Part shown: in pieces, positions 47,735 to 56,517 of the stretch
Position numbering within the stretch: the stretch's first letter is position 1
Layout of the letters: every line of letters starts with the position of its first letter
Assembly: GCA_045106895.1 (NCBI GenBank)
Contig: JBGCFM010000042.1
Location: 1 to 61,929 of the forward strand
DNA length: 61,929 bases
From: Polyangiales bacterium
GTDB lineage: Bacteria > Myxococcota_A > Polyangia > Polyangiales > Houyiibacteriaceae
Direction of reading: 5' to 3'
Position numbers and translations under genes: made by a program
Notes under the pieces: model-generated
What the model was told of the DNA's origin: nothing
Database searches by the model: none
What the model saw: the letters and a program-made list of their open reading frames with translations, nothing else

Positions 47735-49597
47735 ATGTCGTTCCATCGCCCGTTTCTTCTCGCCCTCGTCTTCCTTTCGCTCGCATGCGGCGACGACGAC
47801 CAGGTCGACACGTGTACCCAGGACTCTCAGTGCGCACCCGGGATTTGCGTCGACGGCGCCTGTGTCGAGGCAAGCGACGGAGGCGCAGCGGACGCCCCGG
47901 AGTCCGACGCCGGACCAGTCCCTGACGTGCCCTTTCCAGACGCTGGGCCCGTGGTGGGCTCCGGCTGTTCCGCGGACCTCCGCAGCACCCTCGACAGCAG
48001 CGGCGAAGTCCTGCGCGAGTGCCCCGCGGACGAAGGGTGCTTCGATGGCGTCTGCGTTCCCGCGTGCGACGCCGCGGAGGAAGCCAAAGGAAACCTCGGC
48101 TGCGAGTTCCGGGTGCCGACGGCCAATATGTGGACCGGTATCCTCCCACCTTGCTTCGCAGTCTTCGTGACCAACAGCTGGGCGGCGGACCTCTCGGTGC
48201 AGGTGGAGCGCGACGGGATGCTCCTCGAGGCGCGGGAGTTCGGTCGCATCGTCGACTCCACGCTTACGGCAGACATGTGGCCTGCCATCCCGGAAACCGG
48301 CGTGCCCATCGGGGAGGTGGCCGTCCTCTTTCTCTCCAGCGATCCGGATGCAGCCGCCACGGGCGGTGGCCGAGGCGGTCCGCTGACATGCCCCGTTGCT
48401 CCCGCCATCAACGCCAGCACCGAGGTCCGCGGACCTGGCACCGGCAGCGCCTTCACCATCACCACGAGCGCCCCCGTCAGCGCGTACGACATTCTCCCCT
48501 TCGGCGGAGCGAGTTCGTTCTTGCCGGGGGCTTCCTTGCTCTTGCCGACGAGCGTCTGGGCCGAGGACTACATCGTGGTGACGCCGCCTCCCGGCACCCA
48601 CACGCAGCCGGGCCCGCTTTGGATTCAAGTCGTCGCTGAGGAGGATGGGACGCTCGTGGAGGTTCGCCCCACCGCCGACCTCGTTGGAGACGGCAGCGTG
48701 CCTTCCATCAGCGCAGGAACGACGGGTTCCATCACGCTCAACGCCGGCGAGTACGTCCAGTGGGAGAGCGCGTCAGCCGACCCCTCGGGGAGCATTGTGC
48801 ACGCGGACAGGCCCGTCGGCGTCCACGCGGGCAATCGCTTCTTGCGGCTCCAGGCCACGCCAAGCCCCGGCGGCGACGCCCAACATCAACAGCTCCTCCC
48901 CGTCACAGCGTTGGCCAACGAGTATGTCGCCTCGCCCTACCCAACGCGCCGCTCCGACCTCGCTCCGGAGTCGATCGGCTACCGCCTCGTCGGCGCCTAC
49001 GACGAAACCGCGCTGACCTTTGACCCTCCCCTCGCCGGTGCTCCGGCCACGCTCGACCAAGGTGAAGTCGTGGACCTCATGAGCGACGTGCCCTTCATCG
49101 TTCGTAGCCAAGACGACGCTCACCCCTTCGCCTTCGCTCAGGTCATGAGCTCAGGTCAGGTTCCTGGCGGCTGGAGAGCCGAGGACACCACCTTCGATAT
49201 CTTCGACAGCGCAGTCGGCGACGAAGAGATGACCCTCATCTTCCCAGCCGCCCAGTTTCTGCGGCGCTACGTGTTCTTTACCGACCCGACCTACGGGATC
49301 ACCTCCTTGGCCCTTACGCGCACGCGAGGCGAGACCGGCTTCGCGGACGTCCGCGTGGACTGCCTCGGCGTCATCGAGGGCTGGACCCCTGTGGGAAGCG
49401 ACGGGGAATACGAGGTCGTGAGCGTGGATCTGATGCGCGGCGGCGTTGGAGTCGACGGCTGCCTCAACGGGCGCCACTCCGCCGAGAGCGAGGGCGACTT
49501 CGGGATGACGGTCTGGGGCTACGATTCCTACGCGAGCTACGCATATCCCGCCGGCGGGAACGCCAGCACCCTCCGCGAGCTTCCGCCGCTCCTGTAG
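47735..49597 (+). CDS. IgGFc-binding-domain Cys-rich lipoprotein
   Basis: SLAC lipobox, NLGCEF, ASLLLPT..W, LNAGEY, QQLLPV.AL..EY, C-terminal SYAYPAG. Confidence 0.78.
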   Translation: MSFHRPFLLALVFLSLACGDDDQVDTCTQDSQCAPGICVDGACVEASDGGAADAPESDAGPVPDVPFPDAGPVVGSGCSADLRSTLDSSGEVLRECPADEGCFDGVCVPACDAAEEAKGNLGCEFRVPTANMWTGILPPCFAVFVTNSWAADLSVQVERDGMLLEAREFGRIVDSTLTADMWPAIPETGVPIGEVAVLFLSSDPDAAATGGGRGGPLTCPVAPAINASTEVRGPGTGSAFTITTSAPVSAYDILPFGGASSFLPGASLLLPTSVWAEDYIVVTPPPGTHTQPGPLWIQVVAEEDGTLVEVRPTADLVGDGSVPSISAGTTGSITLNAGEYVQWESASADPSGSIVHADRPVGVHAGNRFLRLQATPSPGGDAQHQQLLPVTALANEYVASPYPTRRSDLAPESIGYRLVGAYDETALTFDPPLAGAPATLDQGEVVDLMSDVPFIVRSQDDAHPFAFAQVMSSGQVPGGWRAEDTTFDIFDSAVGDEEMTLIFPAAQFLRRYVFFTDPTYGITSLALTRTRGETGFADVRVDCLGVIEGWTPVGSDGEYEVVSVDLMRGGVGVDGCLNGRHSAESEGDFGMTVWGYDSYASYAYPAGGNASTLRELPPLL

Positions 49598-49792
49598 ACC
49601 GTCTGGACGTGATTTGAACGCAGTTTGAACGCCGCAGTGTGTGCGGTGGCGGTGATACTAGCGCTCAGCGCGTGGAGGTTTGTGAATTGCTCTGCTGGGG
49701 GTGTTGAGTGCTGGTCAGCCAGCGTGAAGACAGAGGTGCAGAGCAACTCACAGAGCTCCTCTCGTGTCACACCGCTCGCGCAACCTCCCTAT

Positions 49793-50035
49793 ATGACCCA
49801 GTGGAACCTCAAAGAGTCCGACTTGATCCCGGACGCCCGTGACGGCCTCACGCGCGCCGAGCGAATCATCTTGTGGCAGCTTCACGAGGCGCAGAAGGAA
49901 TTCGCGGGCCGAAACGTGCCGACGGCGACGCTCTATGGGCGCGTCGCGGAGCACATCAACCTCAGCGTCGGCGCGTTTCAAAAACTGCTGCAACGGCTCG
50001 TCGGCGCGCCACACAATACGTCACGCATCCCATAA
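49793..50035 (+). CDS. 80-aa protein resembling the GyrA/ParC N-terminal HTH region
   Basis: IPDARDGLTRAERIILWQL resembles the topoisomerase IIA A-subunit [19 protein letters not shown] motif; clean stop at 50035. Confidence 0.7.
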   Translation: MTQWNLKESDLIPDARDGLTRAERIILWQLHEAQKEFAGRNVPTATLYGRVAEHINLSVGAFQKLLQRLVGAPHNTSRIP

Positions 50036-50038
50036 GAT

Positions 50039-51175
50039 TCAGGGCACGCATTCCATGTTGTAGCGATGCAGCGGAGGCCGGCCTTGGGGAAAGACGAGGT
50101 TTCCAGACGTGAATCCGAAGACTCGGCGGAACCCAAACGAGAAGCCGCCGCGAGCGTTGCGGAGCGCGTAGGCGCTCCCCTCGCAGTCCGCCGCACCTTG
50201 GCACGTCGCGCGGTCTCCGCCGTCGAGGCGCCCATGGACTTCGACGCCCAATGCGCGCCTGCCGTCGTGATAGACGCCAACGGCGACCCCTTGCGTTGTC
50301 ACGCTCTCAAGCGGCTGCCATTCGCCGTCGGGCAGTTCACGACGAAACACGCCGGCGTTTGCAGCTTCCGAAGAGCAGTTGTCTTCGCCGAGCTGCCAGT
50401 GGGTCTCGATGAAGGCCAGCTCTTCCTCCTCCAGCCTGAGCGTCGCGCTCCGCCAGCGCCTCCGAAGCTCGCCCTGCCAGCCCGGAGAAAGGGTGCCTCC
50501 TCGCCCGGTGATGCCGGCGTGAATGGACTCCTGGGACTCAAAGAGGGAACGCGCCCGCGCATCGACCTCCCCGCCTCGGCGAACGCGCTCGATTCGGTAC
50601 TGGAGCCGCTCATAGGCGACGGACGGCGGTAGCTCGCAAGCGGAGAAAACGAACGTGCTCGCCTGACGGCAACGACCAAGCCGCTGGGCGACCTCGGAGA
50701 AGCGCACGTGGGACGCTAGCGGCTTCGCGGTTCCGAGACGCGGCTCGCAGCGTCCTTCGGCGCTCATGCGAAAAATGCCCGCCGTCGACGGCTCCAGGTG
50801 ACGCAAGAAGCGCTGCGGAAGGGCGGCATCCCAGTCGTCAAAATCATGAGGCGACGCGGTCCGCCGAACGAGGGCGCCTTCAAGGGTCGGCGTGAGCGTG
50901 CAGTCCGAATCGAAGAGCTGCGACAGGCGGTTGGCGTCGGAGGCGATGCTCTCCCAGCGCGACGTCTCCGCGGGACTTGCCTCCGCCGGACTTTCGACTG
51001 CTTCTTCGCGCGCTTGGCTCCGCTCTGAAGCGTCGCCTTCTCCGGGCGAGTCCGCAGGTTGCCCTGCCGTTTCATGTGGAGCAGCGCTCGCCTGATGAGA
51101 GGGCTCAGCAGGAGTGGCGATGGTCGCCGTCGAACTGCCACAGCCAACCAAGCAAAGAAGGTAGATCGTACGCAC
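50039..51175 (-). CDS. Hypothetical lipoprotein
   Basis: GTG start giving MRTIYLLCLVGCGSS lipobox and an Ala/Pro/Glu linker. Confidence 0.6.
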   Translation of the reverse strand: MRTIYLLCLVGCGSSTATIATPAEPSHQASAAPHETAGQPADSPGEGDASERSQAREEAVESPAEASPAETSRWESIASDANRLSQLFDSDCTLTPTLEGALVRRTASPHDFDDWDAALPQRFLRHLEPSTAGIFRMSAEGRCEPRLGTAKPLASHVRFSEVAQRLGRCRQASTFVFSACELPPSVAYERLQYRIERVRRGGEVDARARSLFESQESIHAGITGRGGTLSPGWQGELRRRWRSATLRLEEEELAFIETHWQLGEDNCSSEAANAGVFRRELPDGEWQPLESVTTQGVAVGVYHDGRRALGVEVHGRLDGGDRATCQGAADCEGSAYALRNARGGFSFGFRRVFGFTSGNLVFPQGRPPLHRYNMECVP

Positions 51176-51355
51176 GCGTGTATAGAGCCACGTCGCGACC
51201 GGCGAAGCAATCGCGCGAGAGCGCATCTCACAACCGCGCGTCGCCACATCTGTCTCAGAGCGCTTCGATTTCACTGTCCGCGATGAGCTGTGGTGCATTT
51301 CTAGACGGAGGGGATGAGCGAAGGCGGCGTGCCCCGGCCGCGATGTGGCTGGGCT

Positions 51356-52291
51356 CTAGTCTGGAGCGTCACCGACGTTAAAATCGGCGAGGGTCTTGGC
51401 GTCACCTTGAACGATGACGTGGGCCAAACCGCGATTGGCCCCGAGGACGTTTGGCGAAGCGATCACCTCTTCAAGGAAAGGGCGATGTGCTTCCGCGGGG
51501 ACATCGATACGGATGCGTTTTCCGGGGCGTCGCTCATGAAGCGCGTGCAGCAGGGGCCCAAGGGGTCGCCCTTCGAGAGGCGCCGTTTCCTCGGCTTCGT
51601 ACCAAGGGTGTTCGCCCTCCGCGAGCCCCACCGCTGTTGCGCCTTTCTCGACCTGTTCGCTCGCCCAAGGGCCGAGCATGCCAAGATGCGACGTGTCGTT
51701 GAAGCGCTCGAGGACAACGCGCTCCCCTTCGAAGGCGAGAGTGCTCACGGAGGTGTTGCTCATGTGTCCGAGACGCGCCGGGCGCTGACGCGAGACAGCA
51801 CAAAGCCGCGCCACCACGGACGCGATGAAACCGCCGTGCGCAAAGATGACGCCGTGCTCTCCTTCGCGAAGGGCCGCGCGAAACTTCACCACCGCCGCTT
51901 CGGCGCGACGGGCCAGGTCGACCCAAGATTCACCGCCGCCGATGGTGACGTTCTCACCACGCGACAACGCGGCGACTTCATCGGCGAAACGTTCTTTCAC
52001 CTCGGGACGTGTCAACCCTTCCCACGAACCGACGTCGATCTCGCGACACTGCGCGTCGTGGGATACCGGCAGCCCAAGTCGTTCCGCGCTCGCCGCCGCC
52101 GTCGCCGACGCCCGCGAAAGATCCGACGAGAGCACGCGATCAAAAGACCAGCCCGCTGCGACAAATCGCTCGCCAAGCTTTGCAGCCTGCTCAAACCCGA
52201 GAGTGCTGAGCGGTGAGTCACCATGACCCTGCCAGCGCCCTACCAGATTGGCTTCGGACTGGCCGTGCCGGACCAGCGTTATTCGTTTCAC
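51356..52291 (-). CDS. Histidine phosphatase family protein with C-terminal extension
   Basis: [36 protein letters not shown] overlap with the clpP stop. Confidence 0.88.
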   Translation of the reverse strand: MKRITLVRHGQSEANLVGRWQGHGDSPLSTLGFEQAAKLGERFVAAGWSFDRVLSSDLSRASATAAASAERLGLPVSHDAQCREIDVGSWEGLTRPEVKERFADEVAALSRGENVTIGGGESWVDLARRAEAAVVKFRAALREGEHGVIFAHGGFIASVVARLCAVSRQRPARLGHMSNTSVSTLAFEGERVVLERFNDTSHLGMLGPWASEQVEKGATAVGLAEGEHPWYEAEETAPLEGRPLGPLLHALHERRPGKRIRIDVPAEAHRPFLEEVIASPNVLGANRGLAHVIVQGDAKTLADFNVGDAPD

Positions 52292-52923
52292 TTGTCGGTT
52301 CCGTAGCCTCGGCGCGGCTTGATGACCTCGTCCACGAGGCCGTACTCCATGGCCTCTTGGGCGGTCATGAAGTTGTCGCGCTCGGTGTCTCGGCACAGCT
52401 CGTCGTAACTCTTGCCGGTGTTCTCGGCCATGATCTCATTGAGACGACGCTTGATGTTGATGATCTCGCGCGCGTGGATCTCAATGTCGCTCGCCTGTCC
52501 GCTGAAGCCGCCGAGGGGCTGGTGGATCATCACGCGGGCGTTCGGCAATGCGCGACGCATGCCTTCCTGGCCGGAGCAGAGAAGAAACGCGCCCATGGAC
52601 GCGGCCTGACCCAGCACCACCGTCGCCACGGGGCAGCGGATGTACTGCATGGTGTCGTAGATCGCGAGACCTGCGGTGACGGAACCTCCAGGGCTATTGA
52701 TGTAGAGGGTGATCTCCTTGTCCGGGTCTTCGGCCTCAAGAAAGAGAAGCTGCGCCGTGATGGTGTTCGCCATGTCGTCGCGCACCGTTTGGCCCATGAA
52801 GATAATGCGGTCTTTGAGGAGACGGCTGTAGATATCCCACTCGCGCTCGCCGCGGTGAGTGCTCTCGACGACGCGGGGAACGAGCATCGCAAGGGGATCG
52901 GAGGCGCCATTGGAGTCAGACAT
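52288..52923 (-). CDS. clpP: ATP-dependent Clp protease proteolytic subunit
   Basis: [39 protein letters not shown] catalytic triad motifs. Confidence 0.97.
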   Translation of the reverse strand: MSDSNGASDPLAMLVPRVVESTHRGEREWDIYSRLLKDRIIFMGQTVRDDMANTITAQLLFLEAEDPDKEITLYINSPGGSVTAGLAIYDTMQYIRCPVATVVLGQAASMGAFLLCSGQEGMRRALPNARVMIHQPLGGFSGQASDIEIHAREIINIKRRLNEIMAENTGKSYDELCRDTERDNFMTAQEAMEYGLVDEVIKPRRGYGTDK

Positions 52924-53072
52924 GGCAGCGAACATAGTCCTGCTGGGTGCAAAGTCGACCCCGGTTTCTGGAGGAAAACACCAAAACCTATCAAGAAAGC
53001 GGGTTTTGTGGGTGTGAGTCGGCTGAGGCCCCTTCTGTTGCGTGATCCACCGAAGTCGCTCACGTTGTGGAC

Positions 53073-54233
53073 ATGCGCGTTTCGATCGCCGTGGGGGCAG
53101 TCGTGGTGGCTTGTCTCCTGTCGCTGCTACCAAGCGCCCGCGCGGATCGCTCCTACGTGGTCCGAAGCGGCGACACGTTAGTGCGCATCGCTCGACGTTT
53201 CCGCACCAACGTTCCCGCTCTGCGTCGTGCCAACCGCCTGAGAAGCGACCGACTTCGCTCCGGCGCACGCCTCACCATTCCCACCGGCGGCAGCGCAGCC
53301 TCCGCCCGGCGCGCCGGACAGCACCTGGTGCGCGCAGGGGACAGCCTCTCGGCCATCGCGCGCCGCTACCGTGTGCCCATCGCCGCGCTCCGGCGTCAGA
53401 ACCACCTACGCAACGACAACATTCGCCCGGGCCAACGCCTGACCATTCCGGGCCGGCGCCGGGAGAACCGAATGCCCACGGTGGAGGAGGCTCCGCCGCG
53501 CCCCTCGCAGGAAGGCGCCGAAGAGCGCGCGACGCGCCTTGGCATCGGTGGTCTCCGTGACGCCCACCGCATGCTCAACGACGAGCCCGAAGCCGCCTGG
53601 ATCGCCGAAGCGCAGACCGCGCCCATGGAAATCCCCGAAGACGCCCACGACCTCGACACGCACCCGCCGCTTCCGCACACGGAGCCCGGGACGCTGCGGC
53701 ATCCTCTCGCCGGCGAAAACCGTCACTTCATGCGCGGCTGGGGCAGCGGCGCGGGCGGCTACCACCTCGCCTTGGATCTCTACGCCGTGCCCGGCAGCCC
53801 GATCCGCGCCGCCGAGCGCGGCATCGTCATCTACGCGGGCACTGGCCTTCGCGGCTATGGCCGCATGCTCGTCATTCTGCATCCGAGTGGTCGCGGCACC
53901 GCCTACGCGCATAACCGTCAGATCCTGGTGCGCCCCGGCGAGCTCGTCGCCCAAGGTCAGGTCGTCTCGCGCCTCGGCAACACGGGCCTAAGCCGCGGCC
54001 CTCACCTGCACTTCATGCTCCTCGACCACGGCGAGCATTGCGATCCGGCCCCGCTCTTTCGACCGGCCCCGCGGCGTCGCAACGGCGACCCGCTCAGCGA
54101 TGACGCGACGCTCGTGACCTGGGCGGAGGACGAGCGCCCCGAAGAGGTCCGGTGTCTTCCGCGTAGCGCGCGTCCTCATCCCGGCGCACGTCGCCGCAAT
54201 CGACGACGCGCCCGCGGCTCACGGATGCGCTAG
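53073..54233 (+). CDS. LysM (x2) plus M23 metallopeptidase
   Basis: [11 protein letters not shown] and [12 protein letters not shown] LysM repeats; HLALD, YAHN and GPHLHF M23 motifs; signal peptide. Confidence 0.9.
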   Translation: MRVSIAVGAVVVACLLSLLPSARADRSYVVRSGDTLVRIARRFRTNVPALRRANRLRSDRLRSGARLTIPTGGSAASARRAGQHLVRAGDSLSAIARRYRVPIAALRRQNHLRNDNIRPGQRLTIPGRRRENRMPTVEEAPPRPSQEGAEERATRLGIGGLRDAHRMLNDEPEAAWIAEAQTAPMEIPEDAHDLDTHPPLPHTEPGTLRHPLAGENRHFMRGWGSGAGGYHLALDLYAVPGSPIRAAERGIVIYAGTGLRGYGRMLVILHPSGRGTAYAHNRQILVRPGELVAQGQVVSRLGNTGLSRGPHLHFMLLDHGEHCDPAPLFRPAPRRRNGDPLSDDATLVTWAEDERPEEVRCLPRSARPHPGARRRNRRRARGSRMR

Positions 54234-54251
54234 ACGCGCAGCAGGGAAGCC

Positions 54252-54608
54252 TTAGCTCGCAGGCGCGTCTGGCTTCACCGGCGCAAGCACCGCTTCAAGT
54301 TCGCCCGACTCGTAGAGGTCGCGGACGATGTCGCAGCCTCCAACGAACTTACCCTGGACGTAGAGCTGCGGAACCGTGGGCCACTGGGTGAAGTCTTTGA
54401 TGCCTTGGCGAATTGCGGGGTCCTGCAAGACGTCGACACCATGGAAGCTTGTGATGCCGCTGCGCTTGAGCACCTCGACGACGGTGGCGGAGAAACCACA
54501 GCGAGGGAAGAGCCGGTTGCCCTTCATGAAGAGCACGACGGGGTGCTCGTCAACCATCGACTGAATCGACGCTTTGACGTCTTCCGCGCTCACTTCTTCT
54601 TCGCTCAC
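54252..54608 (-). CDS. grxD: Monothiol glutaredoxin (Grx4 family)
   Basis: LFMKG...PRCGFS, WPTVPQLY, GGCDI. Confidence 0.95.
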   Translation of the reverse strand: MSEEEVSAEDVKASIQSMVDEHPVVLFMKGNRLFPRCGFSATVVEVLKRSGITSFHGVDVLQDPAIRQGIKDFTQWPTVPQLYVQGKFVGGCDIVRDLYESGELEAVLAPVKPDAPAS

Positions 54609-54856
54609 GACTTCGCGCTCCAGGCGTCGGGCGTGAAGGTCTTGAACGTCAGCGCGTGAATCGGTCCGCTCATCAGCTCGCCGAGGGCCGCAAAAACCAT
54701 CCGCTGCTGGTCCACGCGGGACTTGCCCTCGAAGACCGACGAGACGATGACCGCCTCGTAGTGGTCCTTGGTGCCGGTGAGGTCTTTGACCTCAACGTGG
54801 CTTACGCCCTCAACACCCTCACGAATACGCTGCTCAACGGTTTCCGGTTCGACCAT
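54605..54856 (-). CDS. BolA/IbaG family protein
   Basis: DHYEAVIVS..FEGKSRV.QQRMV...IHAL; overlaps the grxD start. Confidence 0.92.
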   Translation of the reverse strand: MVEPETVEQRIREGVEGVSHVEVKDLTGTKDHYEAVIVSSVFEGKSRVDQQRMVFAALGELMSGPIHALTFKTFTPDAWSAKS

Positions 54857-54929
54857 GGGTTCAGTGGTGCGGCCGTGGCGTGCCCCTGTCAAGTTGCCAG
54901 ATGTCAGAGGCATCCACTACAGCTACGCC

Positions 54930-56093
54930 ATGCGTGCCCTTGTCGCCCTTCTTGCCCTCTCCGCGTGCGGCGGCGCGATGCGGACCAACGATCACCATCT
55001 GGGGTGGCGCCTTCGTGGACAGATCTACGCGGAGCTTGAAGAGGGCGAGACGCTCTTCCTCGTCTCGGAACGTTGGCACGAAGGCGAGTGGCAGGGCCTC
55101 GGCCTGCAACGTCGACAGCCGGGGAGCTTCGACCTCATCAGTGATGTCCTCTGGAAGGTCCGCCTCGGCGCCTTCATCGACCAAAACGGCGACGGTGAGC
55201 ATCAGCTCAGCGAACCCGCTGTGCGGTCCACGGAAGAGTTCGAACCTGAAGGCGACCGCGACTACGGCACCCGCGATGGCATCCTGCTTCGTCTCGCGCG
55301 CACTTCTCGCTTGGAGGAGGCGCTGTGTGTCCCTGACGCCGAGCAACGCGGCATCTCAGCCGGCGAGGTGGTGCGCTTGGAAGACGAGCTCTTCAGCCTC
55401 GAGGCAGCCGAGCTCGGCGTGCGCGATCCACTTCAGTTCATGCGCGACTACACGGCGGGTTTCTTCCTTCTCGCACCATGGGACACCCACAAGGAGCCCA
55501 TCTTCTTCGTGCATGGCCTTGGCGGGACGATGCGGCAGATGCAGCCCATTATCGAGGCCCTCGACACGGAGCGCTTTCAGCCCGTCCTCACTGTCTACCC
55601 AAGCGGCTGGCGCCTAGACGACGTCGCGACCTACTTCGACGACGTCCTCGACGAGTTCGTCGCTGCGCACCCGTCGAGGAATATCCACATCATCGCGCAC
55701 AGCATGGGCGGCCTCGTCGTTCGCAAGGCCCTCGGGGAACGAGCCCGGCGCGGCGGGCCGAACGTCGTCTCGACCTTCACGTCCATCGCGTCACCGATGG
55801 GTGGACACCCATCGGCGCTGGCAGGCGTACGTTTCGCGCCACGTAGCGTGCCCGCATGGTCCGACCTCGCCCTGCCCTCGGCGTTTCTCCGTGACCTCTA
55901 CCGCGATCCGCTCCCCGAGGGCGTCGTGTACCGTCTTCTGTTCACGACCGAGGACGAGAGTGTTCCCCTCGAGAGCCAGCAGCGCGACTCCGCCATGCGC
56001 GAGGCCAGCGCAACGCTTGGTGTCGCCGCCGGACACGTGGAGGTCCTCGCCCGGCCGGAGACCTTGAACTTCGTCTGCGCACCTTTTCATTGA
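54930..56093 (+). CDS. Alpha/beta-hydrolase lipoprotein (lipase/esterase-like)
   Basis: LSAC lipobox, FVHGLGG, AHSMGG nucleophile elbow, DESVP, GH. Confidence 0.85.
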   Translation: MRALVALLALSACGGAMRTNDHHLGWRLRGQIYAELEEGETLFLVSERWHEGEWQGLGLQRRQPGSFDLISDVLWKVRLGAFIDQNGDGEHQLSEPAVRSTEEFEPEGDRDYGTRDGILLRLARTSRLEEALCVPDAEQRGISAGEVVRLEDELFSLEAAELGVRDPLQFMRDYTAGFFLLAPWDTHKEPIFFVHGLGGTMRQMQPIIEALDTERFQPVLTVYPSGWRLDDVATYFDDVLDEFVAAHPSRNIHIIAHSMGGLVVRKALGERARRGGPNVVSTFTSIASPMGGHPSALAGVRFAPRSVPAWSDLALPSAFLRDLYRDPLPEGVVYRLLFTTEDESVPLESQQRDSAMREASATLGVAAGHVEVLARPETLNFVCAPFH

Positions 56094-56269
56094 GCGGATT
56101 CGGTGGGGCGCATTCGCACGCGCGCCATGTTCGCCCGCGCAGCGACGCACAACCCCAAGTGCAGGATGCGCGTATCCGTCACGCTTTGGTGGGGTCTGGT
56201 GACCACTTCGTAGGCGGATGTGGGCATCGACGCACGCGTCCTCGTTTTCCCACCCTGGACCAGAAGCCT

Positions 56270-56285
56270 TGGCATACGCAGTGCA
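56270..56285 (+). promoter_or_regulatory. Putative sigma54 promoter upstream of the Flp pilin
   Basis: TGGCAT-ACGCA-GTGCA with correct GG-N10-GC spacing, 13 nt before ATG 56299. Confidence 0.55.
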
Positions 56286-56298
56286 TATATCGAGTGAC

Positions 56299-56517
56299 AT
56301 GTCTCCAAACGCCTCCGCTGACTGTGACGAGTTCACACACATAACCCCGAAGAAGCGCAGCCTCGCTGCCGATGACACGGGGCTGACCACCGTCGAGTAC
56401 ATCATCATCTTGGCTCTCATCGCTATCGCCGCCATCGGCGCGTGGAACGTATTCGGCGGCAGCATCGAGACACAAGCGCGGGGCTCTGCGACGACGCTCG
56501 GAGGCCTCCCCCGATGA
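56299..56517 (+). CDS. Flp family (Tad) pilin
   Basis: DDTG|LTTVEYIIILALIAIAAIGAW prepilin cleavage site with E+5/Y+6. Confidence 0.85.
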   Translation: MSPNASADCDEFTHITPKKRSLAADDTGLTTVEYIIILALIAIAAIGAWNVFGGSIETQARGSATTLGGLPR

